Made by a program: the position numbers and the translations under genes
Shown: positions 1-9,465 of the stretch, piece after piece
How positions within the stretch are numbered: the first letter of the stretch is position 1
Layout: each line of letters opens with the position of its first letter
The notes under the pieces: model-generated
Seen by the model: the letters and a program-made list of their open reading frames with translations, nothing else
The model's database searches: none
What the model was told of the DNA's origin: nothing
DNA from: an uncultured Planctomycetales bacterium
GTDB lineage: Bacteria; Planctomycetota; Phycisphaerae; SM23-33; FEN-1343
Length of the DNA stretch: 61,073 bases
Reading direction: 5' to 3'
NCBI GenBank assembly: GCA_964535025.1
Contig: CAZHRW010000169.1
Span: 1 to 61,073 of the forward strand

Positions 1-8
1 GTGTTCAC

Positions 9-81
9 TACCCCCAAGGGGACTCGAACCCCTGTCGCCAGGATGAGAACCTGGTATCCTAGGCCGCTAGACGATGGGGGC
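9..81 (-). tRNA. tRNA-Glu (anticodon CUC)
   Basis: Reverse complement reads GCCCCCAUCGUCUAGCGGCCUAGGAUACCAGGUUCUCAUCCUGGCGACAGGGGUUCGAGUCCCCUUGGGGGUA. It has a 7-bp acceptor stem, an anticodon stem CCAGG/CCUGG with loop UUCUCAU, and a T arm AGGGG-UUCGAGU-CCCCU. CCA is not encoded. Confidence 0.9.
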
Positions 82-104
82 GTCTGCTCCATTGTAGACG
101 GGGC

Positions 105-133
105 ATCTTAGCGATGCGGGCCGGGACCGTCAA
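105..133 (-). promoter_or_regulatory. candidate sigma70-type promoter for tRNA-Glu
   Basis: Minus strand reads TTGACG (133-128), 17 nt, TAAGAT (110-105), about 20 nt upstream of the mature tRNA 5' end. Confidence 0.35.
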
Positions 134-564
134 GGCCCGCGGCGAGAATTCGCCGCGACGACGTCGCCGCCCGGCCCCAGGCCAGGCACGGGCAAACCAA
201 CGGCGCCTCAAGAGGTTGCGGTCAAAAGTGTTGCATAACCGCCCCGCGTCCGCCGCCGCTCCCCGCGGCCACGGCGCTTCCGGCGGCCCATCGGCGCGGC
301 TTGCCCGAAAGCGGCGCGCGACCGCCCTGATCGGCAACCTGCCGCCCGGGCCGAATTCACAACTCTGCAAATTCCGAATAGGGACAGATCCGTAAAAGCG
401 GCAAGCTATCTCGGTATTGCAATGCCGAAATTGTAAGTCCTTGTCATTGCTCACATGGAGGACGGCATGCCGCCCCAAAAGACGGCATCCTTTTCGGCCG
501 TCCAATGAACATTCGCCCAAACCACTCCACCCGCTGCGCGTGCGGGCCGATCGGGAGAATGCCG

Positions 565-593
565 TTGCAAAGGCGTTCGGGGCCGACTAGAGT
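565..593 (+). promoter_or_regulatory. candidate promoter of hisD-hisC-hisB (would give a near-leaderless hisD)
   Basis: TTGCAA (565-570), 17 nt, TAGAGT (588-593). The hisD ATG is at 603. Confidence 0.3.
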
Positions 594-602
594 AACCCGC
601 TT

Positions 603-1931
603 ATGGCGATGAAGATCATCACGTGCGAAGGTCCCTGGCAAGAGGTCGCGGCCATCAACGAGCTGATGGGCCAGCTGCGCGCCGGCGGGCTGACGGCGTC
701 GGGCAGCGGGGGGCTGGATGTGCCGGGGATCGTGCGGGGGATCATCGCCGAGGTGGAAGCCGACCGCGAGCAGGCCGTCGCGAGGCTGACGCGTCGGATC
801 GACAAGGTCGACGTGCCCCCCGAGGCGGTGGCCGTGCCGGTCGAGCAGATCCGCGGGGCCCATGCGGAGGCGGATCAGGCCTTCCTCCAGTTGGCGCGGC
901 GGGTGATTGCGAACATTCGCGAGTACCAGGAGCACATCAAGGCCAGCGCCCCGGCCGAGCTGGTCCGCGGCGGGCGCCGGCTCGGGGTGCGGTACACCCC
1001 CGTCGATAGGGTCGGCCTGTACGTGCCGGGCGGCAAGGCGGCGTATCCGTCGAGCTTGCTGATGACGATCGTCCCCGCCCAGGTCGCCGGCGTGCGGGAG
1101 ATCGCCATCGCCACGCCGCCCACGGCCGGGGGCGTGAACCCGATGACACTCGCCCTCGCGCACGAGCTGGGTATCGAGCGGGTCTATCGCGTGGGCGGCG
1201 CCATCGCGATGGCGGCGTTGGCCCTGGGCACGGCACAGATCGCCCCGGTCGAGATGCTCGCCGGGCCGGGCAACGCGTTCGTCGCCGAGGCCAAGAAGCA
1301 ACTGTTCGGCCGCGTCGCGATCGACAGCCTGGCCGGACCCAGCGAGGTGCTCATCATCGCCGACGAGACGGCCACAGCGGCGCATCTCGCGGCGGACCTG
1401 CTGGCACAGGCGGAACACGACCCCGGCTCGGCCGTCCTGGTCACCCCGTCGAGTTCGCTGGCCGAGCAGGTCGCCGGGCAGGTGGAAGCGCAGGTGGTCG
1501 ACCTGGACCGAGCCGACGCACTCGGCAAGGCGATCGACCAGTACAGCGCGATCATCGTCGTCCCGTCGCTGGCAGCCGCCTGCGAGATCGCCAACGCCTT
1601 CGCCACCGAGCACCTGCAGATCATCACCGAAAACGATGACGACGTCCTGGGCAGGATCGACAACGCCGGGGCGATCTTCCTCGGCGACGCGACGCCGGTG
1701 CCGGTGGGCGATTACTACGCCGGGCCCAGCCACGTGCTGCCGACCGGCGGGACGGCGAGGTTCTTCAGCGCCTTGAGCGTCAACAGCTTCCTCAAGGCCA
1801 CCAGCCTCCTCCGCTACGACCGCGCCGCCCTGGCCGCCGACGCCGGGGACATCATCGACTTCGCCACGCGGGAGGGCCTGACGGCCCACGCGGCGGCCGT
1901 GCAACGGCGGCAGGAGGATCGAGGGCCGTGA
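603..1931 (+). CDS. hisD: histidinol dehydrogenase
   Basis: 442-aa ORF with YVPGGKAAYPSSLLM, AQAEHD and GDYYAGPSHVLPT motifs typical of HisD. Confidence 0.95.
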   Translation: MAMKIITCEGPWQEVAAINELMGQLRAGGLTASGSGGLDVPGIVRGIIAEVEADREQAVARLTRRIDKVDVPPEAVAVPVEQIRGAHAEADQAFLQLARRVIANIREYQEHIKASAPAELVRGGRRLGVRYTPVDRVGLYVPGGKAAYPSSLLMTIVPAQVAGVREIAIATPPTAGGVNPMTLALAHELGIERVYRVGGAIAMAALALGTAQIAPVEMLAGPGNAFVAEAKKQLFGRVAIDSLAGPSEVLIIADETATAAHLAADLLAQAEHDPGSAVLVTPSSSLAEQVAGQVEAQVVDLDRADALGKAIDQYSAIIVVPSLAAACEIANAFATEHLQIITENDDDVLGRIDNAGAIFLGDATPVPVGDYYAGPSHVLPTGGTARFFSALSVNSFLKATSLLRYDRAALAADAGDIIDFATREGLTAHAAAVQRRQEDRGP

Positions 1932-2974
1932 GCTTCTTCCTGGACCATATCGACGCGATGACCCCCTACGTCCCCGGCGCGCAGCCGGAGGCCGGCCGGA
2001 AGGTCGTCAAGCTCAACCAGAACGAAAACCCTTACCCCCCGTCGCCGCGGGCGCTGGCGGCGCTGGAGTCCTTCAACGGCGCGGCCTTGCGGCTGTACCC
2101 CGACCCGAGGGTGCCGGCCTTCACCGCCGTCGCCGCCGACGTGCTCGGCGTAACGCCCGAGCAGATCGTCGTCGGGGACGGCAGCGACGACCTGATCATC
2201 ATGCTCGTCCGCGCCGCCGTCGGGGCGGGCAGGGCCATCGCCTATCCCGAGCCGACGTTCCCGTACTACTTCACGCAGGCCCAGGTCCAGGGCGCGCCGG
2301 TCGCGGCCGTCCCGTGCGATGCGGACTTCGCCCTGCCGCTGGAAGCCCTGGCCGACGCGAACGCGGCGCTGACCTTCGTGGCCAGCCCCAACAGCCCCAC
2401 CGGCGCCGCCGCGACGACCGACCAGCTCGACTGGCTGGCCGGCAAGCTGTCGGGCATCCTGGCCGTGGACGAGGCCTATGCCGACTTCGCCGCCGAAAAC
2501 GCCCTGTCGCTGGTGGACAGGCGCGACAACGTCGTCGTCCTGCGGACGCTGTCGAAGGGCTACTCGCTGGCGGGCCTGCGGTTGGGGTTCGCGGTGGCCG
2601 GCCGGCGGATCGTCGAGGGGCTGTTGAAGACCAAGGCGATCTACAACGTCGGGGCCGTCCCCGCCGCCGTCGGGGCCGCGGCCCTGGCCGACCAGGACTA
2701 CCACGAGGTGTGCGTCGCGGCCATCATTGCCGAGCGAAAGCGCCTCGCGACGGCCCTGATCAAGCGAAAGTTCTTCGTCTACCCCAGCCACGGCAACTTC
2801 CTGCTGGCCACGGCCCCCGGCGGAAACGCGCGGGCGATGGTCGAGCGGCTCAAGGCCGACGGCATCCTGGTCCGATATTTCAACAGTCCGCTGTTGCAGG
2901 ACAAGTTACGAATCTCCATCGGCACCGCCGACGACACCGACGCCCTGCTGGCCGCCCTTGATGGCATGGCGTAG
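1928..2974 (+). CDS. hisC: histidinol-phosphate aminotransferase
   Basis: 348 aa with NENPYPPSP and the PLP-lysine context LRTLSKGYSLAGLRLGF. The GTG start overlaps the hisD stop (GTGA). Confidence 0.93.
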   Translation: MSFFLDHIDAMTPYVPGAQPEAGRKVVKLNQNENPYPPSPRALAALESFNGAALRLYPDPRVPAFTAVAADVLGVTPEQIVVGDGSDDLIIMLVRAAVGAGRAIAYPEPTFPYYFTQAQVQGAPVAAVPCDADFALPLEALADANAALTFVASPNSPTGAAATTDQLDWLAGKLSGILAVDEAYADFAAENALSLVDRRDNVVVLRTLSKGYSLAGLRLGFAVAGRRIVEGLLKTKAIYNVGAVPAAVGAAALADQDYHEVCVAAIIAERKRLATALIKRKFFVYPSHGNFLLATAPGGNARAMVERLKADGILVRYFNSPLLQDKLRISIGTADDTDALLAALDGMA

Positions 2975-2990
2975 ATCAGGAGGCTCCCGC

Positions 2991-3581
2991 ATGGCCCGCA
3001 CCGCCACCGTTCGACGCTCAACCGCCGAAACGCAGATCGACCTCAGTCTCAACCTCGACGGCCAAGGCACGCTGGACTGCGCGACGGGCGTGGGCTTCCT
3101 CGATCACATGCTCGCCCACCTGGCCAAACACAGCCTCACCGACATCACCCTGCGGGCGACCGGCGACCTGGAGGTCGACGACCACCACACCGTCGAGGAC
3201 GTCGCCATCTGCCTGGGCGAGGCCCTCAAGCAGGCGCTCGGCGACAAGGCCGGCATCCGCCGGTACGGCTCGGCGGTGGTGCCCATGGACGAGGCGCTCG
3301 CCGAGGTCGCCGTCGACCTGGGCGGACGCGCGAGTTTCGTCATGCACGCGTCGTTCAGCGCCGGCAAGATCGGCACATTCGACACGCAGTTGATCGACGA
3401 ATTCCTCCGCCGCCTGGCCACGGTCGCGGGGATGAACCTCCACGTCAACGTCCCCGACGGCGCTAACGACCACCACATCGCCGAGGCCATCTTCAAAGCC
3501 TTCGCCATGGCCCTCCGCGCCGCCAAGTCGATCGACCCGGAGCGGTCGGGTCAGGTGCCCTCGACGAAGGGGACGCTGTAG
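2991..3581 (+). CDS. hisB: imidazoleglycerol-phosphate dehydratase
   Basis: Motifs RTATVRRSTAETQIDLSLNLDG, DDHHTVEDVAI and HHIAEAIFKAF. I chose the ATG at 2991 because AGGAGG lies 7 nt upstream; the ORF opens at 2958. Confidence 0.92.
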   Translation: MARTATVRRSTAETQIDLSLNLDGQGTLDCATGVGFLDHMLAHLAKHSLTDITLRATGDLEVDDHHTVEDVAICLGEALKQALGDKAGIRRYGSAVVPMDEALAEVAVDLGGRASFVMHASFSAGKIGTFDTQLIDEFLRRLATVAGMNLHVNVPDGANDHHIAEAIFKAFAMALRAAKSIDPERSGQVPSTKGTL

Positions 3582-3582
3582 A

Positions 3583-3600
3583 AACGGCGAATATCCAATA
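3583..3600. repeat. left arm of an 18-bp perfect inverted repeat (AACGGCGAATATCCAATA)
   Basis: Exact reverse complement of 4027-4044. It starts 2 nt after the hisB stop codon. Confidence 0.9.
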
Positions 3601-3651
3601 GCCAGGTAACGGCGCCGGCGCACCCTGGGACGCTATGCCCCTATTGACCAT

Positions 3652-3918
3652 TCACTTCGACTTGTCTGTCCCCCGCCGGTAGGTCAGAAGCAGTCCGACC
3701 ATCACGGCGACGCAACCCCCCTTCCAGGCCAGCAGCCACCAGGGGTGCCACCAGGCGCCGGTGCGCATCTCGACGAAGTCGGTCAGGCCGAAGAGGATGA
3801 AGCTGACGGCGGCGAACAGTTTCATCCACCGTCGCGCGGGCCGAAACAGCGTCACTAGAAAGACCGCGCCGAGGGCGATCCAAAGCCAACCTTCGATGAG
3901 GTTTACAACCCGTTCCAC
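3652..3918 (-). CDS. small hydrophobic membrane protein (about 88 aa, three predicted TM helices), function unknown
   Basis: C-terminal part of ORF 3652..4248 reads [25 protein letters not shown]...[17 protein letters not shown]...[23 protein letters not shown]. An in-frame GTG lies at 3918. The longer ORF would overlap tgt and the repeat island. Confidence 0.45.
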   Translation of the reverse strand: MERVVNLIEGWLWIALGAVFLVTLFRPARRWMKLFAAVSFILFGLTDFVEMRTGAWWHPWWLLAWKGGCVAVMVGLLLTYRRGTDKSK

Positions 3919-4007
3919 GTCACGGTTATCGGCCAACCGCGGGGCACGCCGCCAAAGGATTACCTCCCAGGGTGCGTCAGCGGCCGTTCGCCGTTCACTT
4001 TGGGAAA

Positions 4008-4044
4008 TTGGATATTCCTTGTTGGATATTGGATATTCGCCGTT
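4008..4044. repeat. three tandem TTGGATATT units plus the right arm of the 18-bp inverted repeat (TATTGGATATTCGCCGTT)
   Basis: TTGGATATT at 4008-4016 and 4022-4030, and TGGATATT at 4030-4037. Positions 4027-4044 are the exact reverse complement of 3583-3600. This is an AT-rich island ending 22 nt before the tgt ATG. Confidence 0.9.
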
Positions 4045-4066
4045 CCCCTCCTGTATTCTGGGCCCC

Positions 4067-5185
4067 ATGTTCGACTTCGAAATCCTCGGCACGGACGCCG
4101 CGTCGGCGGCGAGGGTGGGGCGGTTCCATACGCCGCACGGCGTGGTGGACACGCCGGCGTTCATGCCGGTGGGGACGTGCGCGACGATCAAGGGTGTGAC
4201 GGCCGACCAGGTGGCGGCGACGGGGTCGCAGATGGTCCTGGCGAACACGTATCACCTGCTGGTCCGCCCCGGGCCGGAGGTGGTCGCGGCACTGGGGGGC
4301 TTGCACGCGATGATGGCGTGGGACGGGCCCATCCTCACCGACAGCGGGGGTTACCAGGTGTTCAGCCTGGCCGACCTGCGCGACATTACCGACGCGGGCG
4401 TCACCTTCCGCAGCCACATCGACGGCGGCCGCATCGAGCTGACGCCGGAGCGGGCGATCGAGGTCCAGGAAGCGCTCGGGGCCGACGTGATCATGCAGCT
4501 CGACGAGTGCCCCCCGCACGACGCCGACCGCGCGGTCGTGGCCGAGGCGGTCGCCCGCTCGGCCGCATGGGCCCGGCGGTGCCAGGCGGCGCGACAGCGC
4601 GACGACCAGGCCCTGTTCGCCATTCAACAGGGCGGCGTGGACGCCGCCCTCCGCGCCGAATCGGCCGCGCGGATTGTCGAGCTGGACCTGCCCGGCTACG
4701 CGATCGGCGGCCTGTCCGTGGGCGAAGGCCACGAGGCGATGATGGAGGTGCTCAGCGCCGCCGACGGTCAGTTCCCGCGCGACAAGCCGCGGTACCTGAT
4801 GGGCGTCGGCGAGCCCCGCGACCTGCTGGGGGCGATCGCACGGGGGGTCGACCTGTTCGATTGCGTCATGCCCACCCGCAACGGCCGCAACGCGATGGCC
4901 TACACCTGGACCGGTCCGCTGAAGCTGCGCAACGCCGTCCACACCCGCGACCGGCGCCCGCTGGACGAGGCCTGCCCGTGCCCGGCGTGCCGGCAGTACA
5001 GCCGCGGAACGATCCGCCACCTGTTCATGGCCCGGGAGATGCTGGGGCCGACGCTGTTGAGCATCCACAACCTCACGTTCTTCGCCCAGTTCACCGCCGC
5101 GATCCGCGCCGCGATCACCGCCGGAACCTTTGCCGACCAGGCACAGCGCTGGCTGGCGGCGCTGTACGGCCCACCGCGGGAGTAG
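4067..5185 (+). CDS. tgt: queuine tRNA-ribosyltransferase
   Basis: [42 protein letters not shown], and the zinc site CPCPAC...H. The start was taken at the internal ATG of ORF 3761..5185. Confidence 0.95.
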   Translation: MFDFEILGTDAASAARVGRFHTPHGVVDTPAFMPVGTCATIKGVTADQVAATGSQMVLANTYHLLVRPGPEVVAALGGLHAMMAWDGPILTDSGGYQVFSLADLRDITDAGVTFRSHIDGGRIELTPERAIEVQEALGADVIMQLDECPPHDADRAVVAEAVARSAAWARRCQAARQRDDQALFAIQQGGVDAALRAESAARIVELDLPGYAIGGLSVGEGHEAMMEVLSAADGQFPRDKPRYLMGVGEPRDLLGAIARGVDLFDCVMPTRNGRNAMAYTWTGPLKLRNAVHTRDRRPLDEACPCPACRQYSRGTIRHLFMAREMLGPTLLSIHNLTFFAQFTAAIRAAITAGTFADQAQRWLAALYGPPRE

Positions 5186-5191
5186 CCGACC

Positions 5192-5722
5192 ATGGCCCAG
5201 GCACACCCCCCCGCCCCGGTGAAGCTGATCGTCGGCCTGCTGGCCGGGCGGGAGACGTGGCTGGACGCCGGGCGGGCGGCACTCGTCGAGCGGTTCGGGC
5301 CGACCGACGTCGAAAGCGAGGTTATGGCGTTCGACTTCACCGACTACTACCGCAAGGCCATGGGCGGCGACCTCAAACGGCAGTTTGTGGCCTTCGAGCG
5401 CCTGATCGGCCCCGACGAGCTGGCGGCGATCAAGCTGGCGACCAACGCAATGGAGGCGGCATTGGCGGCGCGGCTTGGCGAAGTCCCACGGCCGGTGAAC
5501 CTCGACCCGGGCTACGTTACGCCGGCCAAGCTCGTCCTGGCCAGCGCCAAGGACTTCGCGCATCGGATCTACCTGACCGGCGGCATCTATGCGGAAGTGA
5601 CCCTCCGCGTCGTCCGCGGGCGGTGGGAAAGCGCGCCTTGGACCTTTCCCGATTACGCCGGCGGGCGTTATGATAGGTTTCTGACAATGGCGCGCGAGCG
5701 GCTCAAGGCACAACGCCGCTGA
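5192..5722 (+). CDS. DUF4416 family protein
   Basis: 176 aa. The NLDPGYVTPAKLVLASAKDFAHRIYL..GIYAEVTL pattern matches my recollection of DUF4416. It starts 7 nt after tgt. Confidence 0.7.
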   Translation: MAQAHPPAPVKLIVGLLAGRETWLDAGRAALVERFGPTDVESEVMAFDFTDYYRKAMGGDLKRQFVAFERLIGPDELAAIKLATNAMEAALAARLGEVPRPVNLDPGYVTPAKLVLASAKDFAHRIYLTGGIYAEVTLRVVRGRWESAPWTFPDYAGGRYDRFLTMARERLKAQRR

Positions 5723-5755
5723 ACGCAGCCGGATGCTCAACGGAAGGAAGCGCTT

Positions 5756-6850
5756 ATGCCTGCGTACCCGCTGATCGCCCTGGCGACGATCGTGGCCGCT
5801 GTGATCATCAGCGCCGGGGGCACCGTTCTCGTACGCCGTGCGGCCGTGGCGGCAAAGTTCGTTTCGAAGCCGGCCGACGACCGCTTCGCCACCCAGCCGG
5901 TCCCGCTCGGCGGGGGCGTGGCCATCCTCGGCGCGATCGCCCTGCCGACGATGCTGGCGGCCGCCCTGGCGCGGTACTGGGCGGCCACCGGCACGGCCCT
6001 GCCGCCCGAGCTGGGCCTCCACGTCGCCGGGGCCGCGTCCCGCGTCCCGATGGCCTTGATCATCCTCGGCGGGGCGGTGGTGCTGTGCCTGGTCGGTCTG
6101 ATCGACGACCGGTGGCACCTGGGGCCCTGGCTGAAGTTGACGGCCCAGGCGCTGGTGGCCGCCGCGGTCGTGTGGTTCGCCGAGGTCCGCGTCCTGACGG
6201 TCCTGGGCGAGCCGCTGAGCGTCGTCGTCAGCGTGCTGTGGATGCTGATCATCATCAACGCCATCAACTTCATGGACAACATGGACGGCCTGGCCGCCGG
6301 GGTGACGCTGGTGGTGGCGTGCGCGCTGCTGGCGGCCGCGGCGGAGTTGGGCCAGTTGTTCGTCTCGGCCTGGCTGTGCCTGCTGATCGGCGCGGTGCTC
6401 GGGTTCGCCCCGCATAACGCCCCGCCGGCGAAGGTTTACATGGGCGACGCCGGCAGCCTGGTGTTGGGGTTTTTCCTGGCCGTGCTGACGATGCTGACGA
6501 CCTACTACGACCCGACCGTCGTCGCCGGCCGGCCCGCCTACACGGTCCTGGCGCCGCTGATCGTCCTGGCGGTGCCGCTGTACGACTTCGTCTCGGTGGT
6601 GATCCTGCGGCTCCGCGCGCACGTGAGCCCCTTCAAGGGCGACACGCGGCACTTCTCGCACCGGCTGGTCCGCCGGGGCATGACGGTGCGGGCGGCGGTG
6701 CTGACGATCTGCCTGTGCACGGCGGTGACGGGCATCGCGGCGGTCCTGCTGCCGAGGGTGAGCGACTGGGCGGCGATCCTCCTGGCGGGCCAGACGCTGG
6801 GCGTGCTGTGCATCGTCGCCCTGCTGGAGTCGGCCGGCGAGACGCCATGA
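5756..6850 (+). CDS. glycosyltransferase family 4 polyprenyl-phosphate sugar-1-phosphate transferase (WecA/MraY-like)
   Basis: Polytopic membrane protein with NAINFMDNMDGLAAG and VYMGDAGSL motifs. GGAAGGAAG lies upstream of the ATG. Confidence 0.85.
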   Translation: MPAYPLIALATIVAAVIISAGGTVLVRRAAVAAKFVSKPADDRFATQPVPLGGGVAILGAIALPTMLAAALARYWAATGTALPPELGLHVAGAASRVPMALIILGGAVVLCLVGLIDDRWHLGPWLKLTAQALVAAAVVWFAEVRVLTVLGEPLSVVVSVLWMLIIINAINFMDNMDGLAAGVTLVVACALLAAAAELGQLFVSAWLCLLIGAVLGFAPHNAPPAKVYMGDAGSLVLGFFLAVLTMLTTYYDPTVVAGRPAYTVLAPLIVLAVPLYDFVSVVILRLRAHVSPFKGDTRHFSHRLVRRGMTVRAAVLTICLCTAVTGIAAVLLPRVSDWAAILLAGQTLGVLCIVALLESAGETP

Positions 6851-9465
6851 GCCGGCGCGGAACACCCCCCCGCCACGTCGTCCCCGACCGCCGCCGCGCG
6901 GACGGCCGCGGCGCCGACCGGCTCGCGACGGGGCTGCTGATCGCCCTGCTGGCCCTGGCGGCCGCCCGGACGATGCTCAATGAGCCGACCTTCCACCGCA
7001 GCGGCCTGCAGGCCGCCGGGGCGATGCCGGGCGCCGACGGCGCCGAGGCGATCATCACCCCCACCAAGGTCCTCCGCGCCGCCTCGGCGGTGATCATCTT
7101 CGCCCTGGCGGCCGCGTGGGCGGTCGGCGCGGCGATCCGCCCCGACCGCCACCGGCTCCGCGCGGGCCTGTTCGGCGCGGGACTGATCGCCCTGGCGGCG
7201 TGCCTGACGGCCTCGGCGCTGCTGGCATCCGATCGGCGCGAGGGGCTCCTGACCGCCGCCGAGCAGGTCTCGCTGCTGACGGCCGGGTGGATGACGATCC
7301 AGTGGGCCGCCGTGCGATGGCGGCAGCGGCTGGTGCTGGTGGTCCTGGTCGCCCTGGCGACGACGCTGGGAGCTAAGGGCGTTTTCCAGGTGGCGGTCGA
7401 GATCCCCGAACAGGTCGCGATGTTCGAAGCCGATCCGGCCGGGTCGCTCGGGCACCTGGCGCCCGACTCGCCCCAGGCCGCGATGGCCGAGATCCGCCTG
7501 CGGGAACCGACCGCCAAGGGATTCTGGTCGTTGGCGAATATCTACGGCTCGACGATGGTCCTGCTGATGCTGCCGGCGGCGGCGATGGCGTTCGACAAGT
7601 GGCGCAGGGCCCGCGACGACTGGGCGGCGCTGTTCAACCAGACCGGCCGCGGGATGCAGATGGAGATCCCCCTGCCTGTCGTGGCCGCGGCGGCGTCGAC
7701 GGCGGCGGCGATCCCGGCGGCGGTGGCCTGGTGGCTGACCGGCAGCATCGGGGCGATCGCCGCGGGGCTTGCCGCCGCCGTCGCGGCGGTCGTGCTCTAT
7801 CGATGGCGCCGCCCGGCGGCGGCGCACCGGCGGGGGCTGCTGGCGGCCGCGGCGGTTGCCTTCGGTGGCGCGACGGCCGCCGTGATCGCCGTCGGTCTTG
7901 CCCGCGACGGCCTGCCGATGCGAACGCTACAGGTCCGCTGGGAGTACTGGACCGGCTCGGTGGCGATGCTCGGCGAGCGGCCGCTGCTGGGCGTCGGGCC
8001 GGGCAATTTCCCCGACGCCTACCTCCCCCATCGCCCGTTCGGGGCCGAGGAGGCCGTGAAGAACCCCCACAACGTGATCGTTCACGCCCTGGCCGAGTAC
8101 GGCCTGCCGGGCGGGGGGCTGTACCTGGCGCTGCTGGCGTGGGCGCTGATCGCCCTGACCGGCCCGCGCCGCCGCGATGACGCCTGGCTGGCGCCGGGGC
8201 CGGGGCGGCGGCGATGGTGGGCGATGGTGGCCGCCGTCGGCGCGGGGGCGATGGCATGGCGTATCGGCGCCACGGCCTACCCCAACGCCCTCGTGCTGCT
8301 GGTCGACAACCTCCTGCCGGTGACGGCACTGGGGGCAGGCCTGCTCGCGGCGGCGGCGACGGGGCGGGGCGAGGACGGCGAGGGGTCGTTCGATCCGGTG
8401 CTGCCGATCGCCGCGGCGTGCGGCGTGGGCGGCTTCGCGCTGCACAACCTGACCGATTTCGCCCTGTTCAAGCCGGCGGCGGGCATGGTGTTCTGGATCG
8501 CCGCCGGCGCGGTCATCGCGGGAACCACCCGCAAGGCGCGCCGGCTACGCCGTCCGGCCGGCGCGGCGCTGGCGGCGGCGCTGGTCGCGGCGACGGTGGC
8601 GGCGGCCGCGGGCGTCCTGGCGCCCGTCTGGCGCGCCGAGCACCACGTCCTGGCGGCGGCGAGAACCTACACCGACAACGACATCCCCGGCGCGATCGAG
8701 GCCATGCAGCACGCCGCGGCCGCCGACCCGGCCGACCCCAACCCCCCCGCCGACCTGGTCAGGCTGTACCTGCTGAAGGCCCAGTACGACGCCGACCCGC
8801 GAGAGGCCATCGCGCGAGCGGCCGACGCCGCCGCCGACGCGGCCCGGCGCCATCCGGCATCGGTGACCATCGCCCGCCAAGGGCTCGAGGCGGCGGTCTA
8901 CCGCTACCGCCCGGACCTGCTGATCTTCGCCTGGGCCGACCCGCCGGCCGATCCGGCCGGGCAACTGGACGAGGCCCTCAAGAAGGACCGGGCAGGGCCC
9001 CGCTGGCTGAACACGTTGGCGCAACTGGCGTTCTACGCGGGGAAGTACGACCAGGCCGCACGCTGGATCACGGAGGCGATCGACCGGGCGGGCGAGGACA
9101 AACCCATCCTCCTGGACCACCTCGGCGACATCCGCGACGCGCAGGGCGCCGCAGCCGAGGCCGCCGACGCCTGGCGGCGCTACCGCCGGGCCGTCTCGGC
9201 CCGGCCGTCGGAGCACAAGCCGCCGGCCGAACGCCTGACGGTGTTGGCCCGCTGCAATCCCCAGGACCCCTACCTTCGCCTGCGCCTGGCGGAACTGGCC
9301 TGGCACCTCGGGTACGACGCCGTCGCCCGCCGAGAGCTTCAGGCCGCCGTGACCGTCCAGGACGCCCTGTGGCGCGGCAGCCCGCTTCGCTTCAATGAGC
9401 GACGGCGGCGGGAGGTGGAACGGATGGAGGCGAAGCTCGCCGTCACTGTTCGATCTTCGCCATGA
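6847..9465 (+). CDS. O-antigen ligase (Wzy_C) family membrane protein with a C-terminal TPR domain
   Basis: The ATG overlaps the upstream stop (ATGA). It has multiple TM helices, the PHNVIVHALAEYGLPGG motif of Wzy_C, and a helical TPR-like C-terminal region of about 300 aa. Confidence 0.75.
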   Translation: MSRRGTPPRHVVPDRRRADGRGADRLATGLLIALLALAAARTMLNEPTFHRSGLQAAGAMPGADGAEAIITPTKVLRAASAVIIFALAAAWAVGAAIRPDRHRLRAGLFGAGLIALAACLTASALLASDRREGLLTAAEQVSLLTAGWMTIQWAAVRWRQRLVLVVLVALATTLGAKGVFQVAVEIPEQVAMFEADPAGSLGHLAPDSPQAAMAEIRLREPTAKGFWSLANIYGSTMVLLMLPAAAMAFDKWRRARDDWAALFNQTGRGMQMEIPLPVVAAAASTAAAIPAAVAWWLTGSIGAIAAGLAAAVAAVVLYRWRRPAAAHRRGLLAAAAVAFGGATAAVIAVGLARDGLPMRTLQVRWEYWTGSVAMLGERPLLGVGPGNFPDAYLPHRPFGAEEAVKNPHNVIVHALAEYGLPGGGLYLALLAWALIALTGPRRRDDAWLAPGPGRRRWWAMVAAVGAGAMAWRIGATAYPNALVLLVDNLLPVTALGAGLLAAAATGRGEDGEGSFDPVLPIAAACGVGGFALHNLTDFALFKPAAGMVFWIAAGAVIAGTTRKARRLRRPAGAALAAALVAATVAAAAGVLAPVWRAEHHVLAAARTYTDNDIPGAIEAMQHAAAADPADPNPPADLVRLYLLKAQYDADPREAIARAADAAADAARRHPASVTIARQGLEAAVYRYRPDLLIFAWADPPADPAGQLDEALKKDRAGPRWLNTLAQLAFYAGKYDQAARWITEAIDRAGEDKPILLDHLGDIRDAQGAAAEAADAWRRYRRAVSARPSEHKPPAERLTVLARCNPQDPYLRLRLAELAWHLGYDAVARRELQAAVTVQDALWRGSPLRFNERRRREVERMEAKLAVTVRSSP

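Noticed and set aside
463-510. Alternative hairpins (GGACGGCATGCCG / GACGGCATCC / GGCCGTCC) upstream of hisD, which could be a his attenuator.
   Set aside because: The only small ORF there (MEDGMPPQKTASFSAVQ) has no His codon run, no RBS and no U-tract. The candidate hisD promoter lies downstream of the structure.
3995-6865. 956-aa minus-strand ORF. Similar very long ORFs include 16212..19562 (+), 13562..16360 (+), 10285..12195 (+), 43518..45380 (-) and 55240..57111 (-).
   Set aside because: These lie antisense or out of frame to genes with clear family motifs. Their translations are Arg/Gly/Pro/Asp-rich low-complexity sequence, as expected from stop-codon scarcity in high-GC DNA. None has an RBS or a recognisable domain.
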